Assembly: GCF_006345805.1 (NCBI RefSeq)
Contig: NC_043001.1
Location: 26,784,001 to 26,848,000 of the forward strand
From: Octopus sinensis
Taxonomy: Eukaryota
Direction of reading: 5' to 3'
DNA length: 64,000 nucleotides
Below the pieces are notes generated by a model that saw only the letters and a program-made list of their open reading frames with translations, was not told the origin of the DNA and did not search any database. Shown here piece by piece: positions 38,930 to 50,890 of this stretch (the stretch's first letter is position 1; every line of letters starts with the position of its first letter). Made by a program: the position numbers and the translations under genes.

Positions 38930-39208
38930 AAATGTTAAAGATAGTTTCCAGAAGGAATTACTAAAAAGTTCAGTGGAATATTGGTATACATGCACAGAAT
39001 ATTATGAGTTCAAAAAAGTTTACATTATAGTAGTAGGGAAGCTCAAACTGACCTGGTCCACCATGTTATCATAAAAGTCTTTTACGATAACATGAGCTTT
39101 CCTACTACTATAATGTAAACTTTTTTGAACTCATAATATTCTGTGCATGTATACCAATATTCCACTGAACTTTTTTATAATTCCTTCTGGAAACTATCTT
39201 TAACATTT
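38930..39208. repeat. Near-perfect 130-bp-arm palindrome
   Basis: Arms are reverse complements with ~4 mismatches, a 1-nt loop at 39078 and an 18-nt insertion at 39046-39063. Confidence 0.95.
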
Positions 39209-39651
39209 TCTTGAGAATGTATATTTATGTTGTAATCTTTTGTGCCAATATGTTAATGAACTTGTTAAACTTTTTTATGTCCTAAACATGTTCTTGTTAC
39301 CAAAGACTGTATATATGTATTGCAGTATTTTGTGACAACCAATAATTAACACAACCAAACTTTTACATGTTACTTTTGACAATCTTTTTCTAAAGAGTGA
39401 AACCGGTAAAGTAAATAAACATCTTTTAAAATTGCATTTTCAAACCTTCTTTCGTATATATATATATATATAACACCAAGTAAGTTAGGGGTTGTGGATC
39501 CAACCCACTAAGGGATAATACTTATCCAATATACTGTTGGTATAATACCCAAATTATTAATACACAAGTGTTTTTAATTGCAATGCAATTAACTTACTTA
39601 TTGTATTAAATGGGTGAAGGTAAAGAAATATTTTACCATTAATTTATAATT

Positions 39652-39841
39652 CAAATAAGAAAATGGAGAAATAGTTTAGTTGGTTTATCAGCTTTAGGAT
39701 ATTAGAATGTTGACTTAGGATATTAGAATGTTGACTTAGGATATTAGAATGTTGACAAAACGAGTGTTAAATAAATAAGTCAACATTCTAATATCCTAAA
39801 GCTGATAAATCAACTAAATTGTTTCTCCATTTTCTTATTTG
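39652..39841. repeat. Inverted repeat with a triplicated 21-mer in the left arm
   Basis: caaataagaaaatggagaaa... / ...tttctccattttcttatttg; aggatattagaatgttgactt x3. Confidence 0.9.
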
Positions 39842-39859
39842 TATTATATATATATATAT

Positions 39860-40115
39860 CTTCATCATCATCATCATCATCATTTAGCGTTCGCTTTCCA
39901 TGCTAGCATGGGTTGGACGGTTCAACTGGGGTCTGGGAGGCCAGAAGGCTGCACCAGGCCCAGTCTGATCTGGCAATGTTTCTACGGCTGGATGCCCTTC
40001 CTAACGCTAACCACTCTGTGAGTGTAGTGGGTGCTTTTTATGTGCCACCAGCACAGGTGCCAGATGGGGCTGGCAAACGGCCGCGGTCGGATGGTGCTTT
40101 TTACATGCCACTGGC
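39860..40115 (-). mobile_element. SINE family C
   Basis: Reverse complement of the 18710-19018 family. Confidence 0.85.
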
Positions 40116-40742
40116 AAGAGAGATAGATAGATAGATAGATACACACATACACACACACGCATGTGTATGTGTGAGTGTGTATGTGTATAGATGTGTGTGT
40201 GAGTGTTAGTGCTTGCTAATTTGTGGTACTTACTGAAATGACATTTAAGTTTTTACTTGCTATGTTGTAATGCTCTACACACAGGACTTGTAAGGGCCCG
40301 TTTATTACACTGAAGCAAACACTTGCAAATTATTGTTTATTATTAAAAATTGGATATCTGACTAAATCACCACGACCACGACCAAAACCACGACCACGAC
40401 CACCACCATCATCATCATCGTCATTTTGCATCTGCTTTCCATGCTGCCATGGGTGGGTTGGTTGGTTCTACAAAATCTGGTGAATATGATTCTTGCATTT
40501 AACTCATATTTCTCAGTTTTGGCATGGTTCCTGCAATTGGATGCCTTATCGAATGCCAGCCACTTTACAAAAGGCATTAGGTGCATTTGTTATGACACCA
40601 GAGTAAACAAATTTGCATTACAACCTGCAAAACTAAAGAGCCTGCAGAGTGATTCCTTAACTGGACAGAGAATAAGAGGGTGATGATTTTAGCCAATGTC
40701 GTAAAAGAGGGTGGAATAGGATAAAAGAAACAGTTTTGGTAT

Positions 40743-40775
<33 letters not shown>

Positions 40776-40835
40776 CAGTGAAATGAAAAACAGAGTAGAT
40801 GCTATGAGATAAGGGAGTATGGATAGTATAGAGGA

Positions 40836-41253
40836 AAGGCGGCGAGCTGGCAGAAACGTTAGCATGCCGGGCGAAATGCATAGCTGTATTTTGTCTGCCG
40901 TTACGTTCTGAGTTCAAATTCCGCTGAGGTTGACTTTGCCTTTCATCCTTTCAGACTTAATTAAATAAGTACCAGTTATGCACTGGAGTCAATATAATCG
41001 ACTTAATCCGTTTGTCTGTCCTTGTTTGTCCTCTCTGTGTTTAGCCCCTTGTGGGTAGTAAAGAAATAGGTATTTCGTCTGCCGTTACGTTCTGAGTTCA
41101 AATTCTGCCGAGGTCAACTTTGCCTTTCCTCCTCTCAGGGTCGATTAAATAAGTACCAGTTACACACTGGGGTCAATATAATCGACTTAATCCATTTGTC
41201 TGTCCTTGTTTGTCCCCTCTGTGTGTAGCCCGTTGTGGGTAGTAAAGAAATAG
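40836..41253 (+). mobile_element. Tandem dimer of SINE family A
   Basis: Full unit followed directly by a unit starting at gtatttcgtctgccg; same junction as 121-140. Confidence 0.9.
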
Positions 41254-41676
41254 TGCTAAGGGTTAATGAGAGGGATAGAGAGAGAAGTTGAATGGAGTGA
41301 GAACCACTCGGTTATCAACTCTCCCTTGTTAGTTTTCTCTCTGCTGTGCTTGCCTGGGAGAGCAGGTTTTCTCCAGGATAGCATGATACCAATTGTTGGA
41401 GTCGGTTGATTCTCTTCTGTGATGTTCAGCATCCTGAAATTAGTTTTTACCTCATGCGTGTATGTGTGCACGTGCATGTGTGTGTGTATGTGTGTGTGTG
41501 TGCATGCATGCATGCGTGTGTGTGTGTGCATGTGCATACATGTTTATATTTGTCTGTCTGTTTATCCATCAGTCTGCCTGTCTGTATGTGAGTAGTGTGT
41601 GTGTGTGTGTGTGGTGTGCATGTATGCGTATGTGTAGGTTTATGTATGTGTCTACCTAGCTATTAATCTCTCTGTT

Positions 41677-43340
41677 ATGAAATCTATACCAGCAATGCTA
41701 CAACACCACCTTAAGAATAAACGCAACTATGCCTCTCCTGGTCTCGATGGTGTTACATGCCTACTTCTCAAATGCGGTGGGTACTTTCTTCTAAGCCAAC
41801 TTTCTCTATTCTTCCAATTCTGTCTTGACAATAGTGTTGCTCCAGAGCAGTGGAAAACTGCCAGTGTTATCCCTCTGTTCAAAAAAGGTGACCGCACATT
41901 GCCTGTCAACTATCGCCCCATTAGTCTTACTAGCTGCATCGCCAAACTGATGGAATCCTGTGTCAGAGAAGCCCTCTGGAACTTCTGGAAGTCTCACAGC
42001 CTCATCCAGCTGTCACAATTTGGTTTTATTCCTAAGTCCAGCTGCTGTAATCAACTCATCGAGTTTCTTGAGGACATTACCCGAATCACTGATTGCAGAT
42101 CCTGGGTGGATGTTGTTTACCTGGACTTTGATAAGGCTTTTAACTCTGTGCCACACAAAAGACTTATGGTGAAACTCTCTGCGATGGGTGTAAGAGACGA
42201 TCTCTATAACTGGTTGAAGTACTTTATTATCGACTGAAAAGAGGTTGTCACAGTTCTAGGACAGCACTCTTCACCCTATGAGATGACATCTGGTGTACCA
42301 CAGGGATCTGTTCTTGGCCCCCTTTTATTTGTTGCATATTTTAATGACATAGATGCCAACTTAAAGAATGCCACAGTGCTGAAATATGCAGATGACATCA
42401 AGCTGTACCTCGAAATAAAGAGGTCAGATCCTGTACACTATAGATCTCTATTGCAATCATACCTGGACACAATGCAGCAGTGGATCATGGACTGGCAACT
42501 CAAGCTGGCTGTGGACAAATGTACCACCATGCATTTTGGGAGGAAAAACCCAGCATCTACTTACTCCCTCCACAACACTAATCTCAAAAAGTCTTCTTGT
42601 AAACGTGACCTGGGTGTTATTGTCAACAGCGATTTATGTTGGACATCGCTAAAATTGCCAAGAAGGCTAAGGGTATCTTGGCATCACTCACCAAGTCCTT
42701 TGTGAGCTGCTCTCCAGCTATCTATCTGCGGCTTTATATAGCTATGGTACGACCCCACCTGGAGTTTGCATCACCGGTCTGGAACCCCTATATTGCCCAG
42801 GATATTAATCGTCTGGAAGCCGTTCAGTGACGTGCAATGAAGAGAATACCCTCCATCAGGCATTTGCTATATTCTGAACGCCTTACTTCCCTGGGCATGG
42901 ACACAGTGAAACTCCGATGTCTGGCAGCTGACTTGGCAGACACCCATAAAATTATTAACCATCTTACAAACAATAACTCTGAGCACCTTTTCAAACTCCA
43001 TCTGTCTAACACCCGTGGACATGTTTACAAAGTCAGAAAACAGCACAGCTCCCATGACTTTCAGAAACATTTTTTCACACTAAGAGTTGCTGAAGCATGG
43101 AACAAACTGCCGGCATCAGTTGTTAGTTGTCGGAGTACTGCATCCTTCAAAACTTCCATGCTTCATGAGATTCGCCAACACTACACCTGATTTTCTCCCC
43201 TCCATACACATGCAAGCATGTATCTAACTCATACACTGTTCGCTTTCCAGACATTTGTACATTACTGCATATGCTTTATACAAACTTTTGACAAGTTGTG
43301 GTGCTCCTGAGCAGTGTATACAATAATCTCATTATATAAT
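41677..43340 (+). pseudogene. 5'-truncated CR1/Jockey-group LINE (RT domain, C-terminus, 3' UTR)
   Basis: SPGLDG, NYRPISLTSCIAKLME, DVVYLDFDKAFNSVPH, SGVPQGSVLGPLLF, YADD, RPHLEFASPVWNP, FFTLRVAEAWNKLP; several stops and frameshifts. Confidence 0.95.
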
Positions 43341-43539
43341 GGTGTTACTTGTTTACTTACTTATTTGGCCTGAGCATAAAACAGGTAGAACTGGTTTACA
43401 TGATAACCAATGGCAAATAAATTATTTTTTGTTTGGTTTGCAAGATTCTAAATGTAAAATTGTGTATTGAAACAGGTTTTGTTGTGTTTCAGGAGGGCTA
43501 TTAGGCCAGTAATACATACATGTGCTGGTTCAATTTTAT

Positions 43540-44094
43540 ATCTTTACGAGCAAAACTCTGTCCAATGGATGGTGCTGAGTTGTCAAGCATTTAAACCAAA
43601 TTTTCTCAAAACAACTTGTCCGACCGTCTCATAGGCCTCCCCTTTGAGAAACACTGATTTAACCTAAATTTGAGACACCAGCAAAAGAAGAAATAAAGAT
43701 TTTTTTTCTCTTCCAAAGAAAAACGATTTTATTCACACAAATATGCAGCCAAAGAGTTTAAAGTACCAGTAATAATAAGGCTGTTGACTGGGAGAACACA
43801 AACATGGTGTAAAGAAGTAAGCTTGGCAGGAAAGAAACGTGTCTTTAAGCAGTACAAAAACAACAAAAAATGGAAGGTGCAGTTATGTACAGGTTGACGG
43901 AAGAAAAGCAGGACAAAAACGTCTTTATCGATTGCATTCTCACCTGGAATCGATTTTTGTAATATTTTCAAGACTTATACACGCCCTGATACCGTCAGTA
44001 TTTACAAATCAAATTTGGGTGCAGTTGGATGGAGGATGCCCGAGATCCTAGAAGACACACACACAGATAGACAGAACGGACTTTATATAATAGA
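43540..44094 (-). mobile_element. Helitron-like non-autonomous element
   Basis: A|TCTATTATATAAAGTCC start; colinear with 59780-60330. Confidence 0.7.
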
Positions 44095-44584
44095 TTACTC
44101 GTTAATAAGTTAACCATTTAACAAATTAGCTAATTGATAGTTTGATTGTTTGATTAATCATTCAGTTAATTAGACAGCCAGTTGTGTTTCTCAAAGTCTT
44201 TTTGTTGCCATTTATGATCTCTTCAGTGACATGTTCTCTCTACGCCTGGTCAGATTCTGGATTGTCTGTCTTTTAATTTTAGGTTCCATATTTATGCATA
44301 TGAATGAGAATGTATGTAAAAAGGGAAGAGAGAGAGAATATGAGAGTTTGTATGTATGTGTGTGTGTGTGTGCATTTGTATGCATGAATGTACATTTTAG
44401 TATGTGTACATTCTGATACATGTGTGCGCATTCTGGTGTGTATGTGTGTGTGTGCATATGCAAGTTTGTGTACTGTAGTTGGTGTCGTGAATATGTGCAT
44501 TAGAGAGAACGTGTGTGTCTATGTGTATGCATATGTACATGTATGAGTGTGAGTGGTTAAAAGTTTATTTCTCTGTATCATTTA

Positions 44585-44995
44585 CTAGCAGTATCACCCG
44601 GCGTTGCTCAGGTTTGTTTCGACCCTTTAGAATTGGAATTGGAATTTTTTAGAATTGGAATTTTTGAAAAGTACATATTTTGCATTATGCAACTTGTTAT
44701 TCTCTTTAAGTGAACATTTTTCTGGTTGAAATACACAAAAAATTGCCACACAGCAGTCAAAATATCGTAAAAATAGGGATTTTCATAGAAAAAAAAACAC
44801 CTTTTTGATGTATATAATTTTTGGTCTTAACATAGTCCGATTTGAATTTTATCTTCTACCGAATGAAGAGCAAGCCTTCTTCTAGCATACTCTCAATTTT
44901 GGTCAATTTGCACCGCAGGGTCTCGGAGGAGATAGTGTTAGTTGAAGGCTACCAAACCTGCCACACACAGACAACTTCAGCTTTATATATATAGA
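44585..44995 (-). mobile_element. Non-autonomous Helitron
   Basis: A|TCTATATATATAAAGCTG...GAGCAACGCCGGGTGATACTGCTAG|T; termini like 1259-1895, different interior. Confidence 0.85.
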
Positions 44996-45169
44996 TTTGT
45001 AGGTCCTGTCTTTTTCTCTGGACAGCCTTTGCAGGTGTGTGCTTATACAATGTTACTTGTTAATGAGATTTTTATCTCTCTTGACTCACGAACTTCCAAA
45101 ATAAGGAATATAATTTCTGTTTATGAAATCATTTTTAATTGAATTAATGCATCACACAGTATTTACATT

Positions 45170-45310
45170 ATTTACAATTCACAGATATTTGTACTCATCT
45201 TGTTTGTTGTTAACACAACATTTCGGCTGATATACCCTCCAGCCTTCATCAGGTGTCTTGGGGAAATTTCGAACCTGGGTTCTTTCCTAAGGTATTTTTC
45301 GATGTTGTTC

Positions 45311-45358
<48 letters not shown>

Positions 45359-45429
45359 TCACTGCCTGGAATCGAACTTGGAATCTTGGGGTTAGTAGCC
45401 CGCACTGTTAATCACTATGCCATATGCCC
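45170..45429 (-). mobile_element. tRNA-head + (AAT)n + hammerhead cassette
   Basis: Head 45355-45429 with A-box- and B-box-like motifs; HHR at 45212-45257. Confidence 0.75.
45212..45257 (-). ncRNA. Minimal type I hammerhead ribozyme motif (PLE-type)
   Basis: GACAC-CUGAUGA-A-GGCUG(GAGGGUAUAU)CAGCC-GAAA-UGUU/GUGUU. Confidence 0.7.
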
Positions 45430-45431
45430 AT

Positions 45432-45975
45432 GGGCATAAGGTATAGTGGTTAAGAGTGTGGGCTACTAACCCCAAGATTCCAAGTTCGATTCCAGGCAGT
45501 GACCTGAATAATAATAATGTGTAACAGAGGGAGAGAGGAGAAATGGAAAGACAAGAAAAGACGGCAACAAGAAACTATGACGTTACAACCAGCCAGGCAA
45601 AGTCTTCGCTACATTTGCAGCACCTGCTAGAGGGAGTGTTTTGTCCAGGAGAGGACTACACAGCCACAGCAGATGTATTATAAAATGTAAAAAGGTGAAA
45701 TGTAAAAACCGGACTTGATTATTTTATGCGCAACTCCATTGTCTCCCGAGATGAAAAGGATGCCAATAATAATAATAATAATGATAATAATAACAACATC
45801 AAAAATACCTCAGGAATGAAAACCCAGGTTCTAAATTTCCCCAAGGCACCTGATGGAGGCTGGAGAGTATATCAGCCAAAACGTGTTAACAACAAACAAG
45901 ATGAGGACAAATATCTGTCAAATGTAAATAATGTAAATACTGTACATAATTTCTCATCTCTTAAATATAAAACTG
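45432..45975 (+). mobile_element. Second tRNA-head + (AAT)n + HHR cassette, with an insert in the (AAT)n run
   Basis: Head 45432-45506; insert ~45519-45765; degenerate HHR at 45845-45889 (CUGAUGG, AAAA). Confidence 0.7.
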
Positions 45976-45989
45976 TTTTAATGCATCAT

Positions 45990-46365
45990 GTGGAAGCACT
46001 CCGACGACGAGGGTTCCGGTTGATCCGAATCAACGGAACAGCCTGCTCATGAAATTAACGTGTAAGTGGCTGAGCACTCCACAGACACGTGCACCCTTAA
46101 CGTAGTTCTCGGGGATATTCAGCGTGACACAGAGAGTGACAAGGCCGGCCCCTTGAAATACAGGTACAACAGAAACAGGAAGTAAGAGTGAGAGAAAGTT
46201 GTGGTGAAAGAGTACAGCAGGGATCACCACCATCCCTGCCAGAGCCTCATGGAGCTTTAGGTGTTTTCGCTCAATAAACACTCACAACGCCCGGTCTGCG
46301 AATCGAAACCGCGATCCTACGACCACGAGTCCACTGCCCTAATCACTGGGCCATTGCGCCTCCAC
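45990..46365 (-). mobile_element. tRNA-derived SINE family E with 11-bp TSD
   Basis: taatgcatcat at 45979-45989 and 46366-46376. Confidence 0.93.
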
Positions 46366-46527
46366 TAATGCATCATAGACTCTTCATTAAGATATCTCTT
46401 TCAACAACATTTTAGCCTAATTCAATTTCTGTCGTTATTAGAATAAGTATTTTCCTTGAAGCAAACACACTTAAAATACTTCACTTGCTTTTTCACTAAT
46501 ACCCACTTGTCTCTCCCTCTCTCTCAC

Positions 46528-46908
46528 TGTATGCATGTATGTATGCAAGCATGCATGCATGTATGTATGTATGTATGTATGTATGTATGTATGTATGTAT
46601 GTATGTATGTATGTATGTATGTATGTATGCATGCATGCATGCATGCATGTATGTATGCATGCATGCATGCATGTATGCATGCATGCATGTATGTATGTAT
46701 GTATGATGTATGTATGTATGTATGTATGTATGTATTTATGTATGTATGTATGTATGTATGTATGAATGTATGTATGCATGCATGTATGCATGTATGTATG
46801 TATGCATGCATGCATGCATGTATGTATGTATGTATGTATGTATGTATGTATGTATGTATGTATTTATGTATGTATGTATGCATGCATGCATGTATGTATG
46901 TATGTATG

Positions 46909-46942
<34 letters not shown>

Positions 46943-46978
46943 TGTGTATGTATGTATGTATGTGTGCATGCATGTATA
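46528..46978. repeat. Compound (ATGT)n/(ATGC)n tetranucleotide microsatellite
   Basis: Directly visible. Confidence 0.97.
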
Positions 46979-46979
46979 C

Positions 46980-47159
46980 AGGTGTGGCTGTGTAGAAAGA
47001 AGCTTGCTTTCCAGTCACATGGTTCTGGGTTCAGTCTCACTGTGTGGCACCTTGGGCAAGTGTCTTCTACTATGGCTTCGGGTTGACCAAAGCCTTATGA
47101 GTGGATTTGGTAGATGGAAACTGAAAGAAGCCCATTGTGTGTGTGTATGTGTGTATGTA

Positions 47160-47191
<32 letters not shown>

Positions 47192-47445
47192 TGTATGTGT
47201 GTGTATGTGTGTGTGAGTATGTGTGTGTGTGTCTTTGTGTCTCTGTTTGTCCTCCCACCATCACTTGACAACTGATGTTGGTGTGTTTATGTCCCTTGTA
47301 ACTGCAAAAGAGACCAATAGAATAAGTACTAGTTTACAAAGAGTAAGTCCTAGGGTCAATATCTTCAACTAACAAACTAAAATCCTTTAAGACAGTGTTC
47401 CAGCATGGCCACAGTCAAATGACTGAAACAAGTAAAAGAATAAAG
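46980..47445 (+). mobile_element. SINE family B with an expanded internal (GT)n
   Basis: Head, CORE-like centre and tail all match 12810-13222. Confidence 0.85.
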
Positions 47446-47487
47446 AATATATATATATAAATAATAATAATAATAATAATAATAATA

Positions 47488-48005
47488 CTGATCTTAACTG
47501 ATTGGAAGTGTTATCATGTACATTGTTTTGTCTTGGTATAAAAGATGGGCTACAGCAAATATTCTGCTCAATACCACAGATTTGCTTGTCAGTTGTTTGA
47601 CCTTAACCAGTTGAGCATGTTCCTTAGTGGCTGACGATATGTGCATCTCTGATCACGAGCAGAAGAAGTGGGGGAGCATCATAGCCATGTGTTGAGAAGG
47701 ATTCTTTGGGGTTTGAATAATTCACCTCTGGAAACATGGGTGTTTCATTCAACGTCCTTAAACAACCCTTATTCAGGGACCTTTTGAGCGGGATGGGTTA
47801 CTCGATCTGAAGAAAATTCTAACTGGGCTCCACCTGCAAGGTCATGTGCTGTTTATCTTGATATGAGATCACCATGTCGCGCACATATGGTTGTGATGCA
47901 TGTGCCTGGTGTACCCTTATCAGACGGGTAGTCATGATGGGTATACTGGGCTTCGTATATTTTACCCCAGTGACACTTTGATGGCATGCTCTGCTCGCTC
48001 ACTCA
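47488..48005 (+). repeat. Unclassified family D repeat
   Basis: Colinear with 7822-8385; flanked by (AAT)n on both sides. Confidence 0.8.
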
Positions 48006-48024
48006 ATAATAATAATAATAACAA

Positions 48025-48250
48025 TCATCATCATCATCATCATCATCCTTTAACGTCCACTTTCCATGCAAGCATGGGTTGGAGGATTTTGACTGAGGGC
48101 TGCCGAACCAGATGGCTGCACCAGGCTCCAATCTTGATTTGGCAGAGTTTCTACAGCTGGATGCCCTTCCTAATGCCAACCACTCCGAGAGTGTAGTGGA
48201 TGCTTTTTACGTGCCACCGGCATGGCGGCCAGTCAGGCAGTACTGGCAAC
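48025..48250 (-). mobile_element. SINE family C
   Basis: (cat)n tail and ctggatgcccttcctaatgcc motif. Confidence 0.8.
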
Positions 48251-48303
48251 ATAATAATAATAATAATAATAATATAATAATAATAATAATGATGATGATG
48301 ATG

Positions 48304-48347
<44 letters not shown>

Positions 48348-48399
48348 TGATGAAGGAAACAGAAGACAGATTTGGTACTAGTCTTTTATTCAGTATGAT

Positions 48400-48990
48400 G
48401 ATCGTTTCGGCCCTTTCTGTAGCTGTTCTTTATGCATGGGATGTTGTGCATCCAATTCTGTTGGATCAATCATTGCAGTCTGGGTCACATCAGGTACATA
48501 CATACATAAAGTAGTGTACTGCTAAATATATTGAGTTCTCACAGGCATGTTGTTGTTTACCTGCTGTATCTTAGTAACAACCAGTGAATGGGGCTAGGTA
48601 CAATTGTCCTTAAATATTAGATAATCATAACAAAATAATCATAAACATAAAAATATAAACTGTAAAAAAATATTTAAAAAATAGAGAGAGACAGGGTAAG
48701 ACATGTTAAAGAAAGATTAGATTACATTAAGTTTAAATATGCCTGCGTGTCTGTTCATGTTAGCAGGTGTAGACTCCCTCTCTATAAACAAAATTGCATT
48801 TTTACCTTGCATTTGTATATGTTGAGGTGAGACACCTTCTTCAGGACATTTGGAAAAAGATGTAGTTGGAAAAGCAGTTGTTTTGCAAGTTTGTCCTGTT
48901 TTCTTTTCCTTTTGTTGTTCACGTTGTATCTTCTTGCATTGTCCAGCCTTACACAACAACCTCGCAGATTATTAGCGATTTTTTCTTCCT
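48400..48990 (-). mobile_element. Decayed Penelope-like element 3' region (GIY-YIG relic plus degenerate HHR)
   Basis: Frameshifted GQCKKIQ.EQQK and IERESTPANMNRHAG motifs; downstream CUGAUGU-GACCC..GGGCC-GAAA-CGAUCAUC. Confidence 0.45.
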
Positions 48991-49184
48991 TCTCTTCCTT
49001 CTTCCCTTTAGACTTTCCTGTTTTTCCTGTTTCCAAAAAAGAGCTATACTTGAAATGTAAAACAACTACTCTTTTCTTTCTCTTAGTGTCACATTAATAC
49101 ATTGCCTGTGCTACATCTTCTTTTTGTTTTTTCTTTTCCTTTTCCACTGTTTTTTAAAATTAATCATATATATATATATATCAC

Positions 49185-49495
49185 CTTAACTGACCAGTCC
49201 GTCGGGCGTCCATTTGACACCGCTGGTCACAGCACACTGTCCACTCCTCTCTGGATCACGCCTTTCTCATCCACGTGATCCCAATCATCCTCCTGAAATC
49301 GTAACTGCACCGTCGTGGAGGCCTTCTGGGTGGTCATTTCCGTTCGCATGGGTACCACTTGACAACTGCACGGGTTCACCGATTATCGGTGAGCCGTGCG
49401 ACGTGTCCAGCCCATCTAAACTTGCTGTGTGTATACTCTGCGATGACATCCCTCATGCTGGACTTCTTCCTGATGATCTCGCGAGATCATCAGAA
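49185..49495 (-). pseudogene. RTE-clade LINE 3' end
   Basis: EIIRKKSSMRDVIAEYTHSKFRWAGHVARLTDNR*TRAVVKWYPCERK*PPRRPP. Confidence 0.85.
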
Positions 49496-50469
49496 AGAAG
49501 TCATATAATATATATATCATCTAATATAGGATAAAATTTTCAAAAAATGTTATCAGTGGCCAGCATATTAAAAATACCTTTTAAGGTGAAAATTATAAAT
49601 AACTTATAAATAAGGGCAAAAATCAACAGTACAAAGAAATCAAATACCAATCTCTTTAAAACAGAAACCACCTCAACAGTAGCAGAGTCACCATCCCACT
49701 ACATCTACATATTCAAAACAGTTTGCTTATAGTCCTTTAGCAACAACACACCTTAATAAACTCAGTGACTACAACTAAATTCAGGCTACAACAGACGGAG
49801 AGGATGTTCTTGAAGTTGAGAATTTGAACTTATAGAGACAATATCGCCTGAGGAAACACAACTAAATCTCATAATGCAGGGAAACGTTTGCATAATCAAG
49901 TAACTGCATGCCTGGAGAACTACATTGCATAGAAACAATTGTAGTGATAGAAAATAAATGTTCAACTGTACTCCTTGTTGACTCTAAATTTTTCTCAATT
50001 GTATATTATATTTTTGAGTAAACATTATCTGAGAGAAATTTTCTTTAAGTAGTGGAAATGGCTAAAAAACTTTTTTGGCTGCTATTTCTAGAAAGTTCAG
50101 TATGTGGCAAAGTAATTTATTTTACTAAGCCCTAATTATATAATGTAATATTTTATATATATATATATATATTGAAAGAAACTATGCTGGGGTTTCAGTC
50201 ATTGTTTGTTTATAGTCTCTCTCCCCATACCTTCCCCTGCCTCTTTCTGCACCCTCTCTCCCTTTCTCTCCCTTTCTCTCCTTCTAAGTTCCTCTCTCAC
50301 ACTGTCACTATTGTGATGGTGGTAACACAATTTAAAACAGTAAGCCAGCTTCTCTTTGTTTTTTATTTCCCCAAGCACTAGAAAAATATTTTTCAGATTT
50401 TGCTTTAAATATACTTATGTATATAAATATATATATGATGTGTGTTTAAATACATTTCTAAGTAATTAT

Positions 50470-50890
50470 AGATACATAGAGCCCTTTACTTCAGAGCAAA
50501 TATAAATAAGTGTAAGTTGTGTGTAAAGGAATCCCTAGCAATCTTCAAGTCTTTTGGGCCAAAAACTTTAAATAGATTTGCTGAGGTGATCTCTTTTTGC
50601 GACCATAGGTTTTTGTCCACCTTTTTGAAAGTATATAGAAATGAAAATAGATGCAATAAAATTGTTTAGCGTTATGGGGATTTCAGACCAGTGAGGTTAA
50701 AGTTTTGTTAACTACAGCTGGTCCGCTGATGGGTTCTTCTTTAATTATATAAGCTTTTCACAAGACGTTTTGATCTATGCATGTTTCGTGTTTATCCTGA
50801 TGAGGGGTTCATTGCTGTGATGCACTTTAGTGTAAATGAACAGCGGTGCTGAGCTCCCGAAATGGCCATAAATATTTGTGAATGTTGAAT
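50470..50890 (+). mobile_element. Penelope-like element ORF C-terminus plus HHR-bearing tail
   Basis: ANINKCKLCVKESLAIFKSFGPKTLNRFAEVISFCDHR (C..C..E...LN.R.E...C.H motif); CUGAUGA at 50787 ... GAAA-UGGCCA-UA at ~50860-50871. Confidence 0.6.

Noticed and set aside
39700-39765. 21-bp direct repeats as a CRISPR array
   Set aside because: Head-to-tail with no spacers, no cas genes, eukaryotic context; the same applies to the 19-mer x3 at ~20164-20220
45355-45506. tRNA genes (apparent ACT anticodon)
   Set aside because: Acceptor and T stems do not pair properly; treated as SINE-like heads
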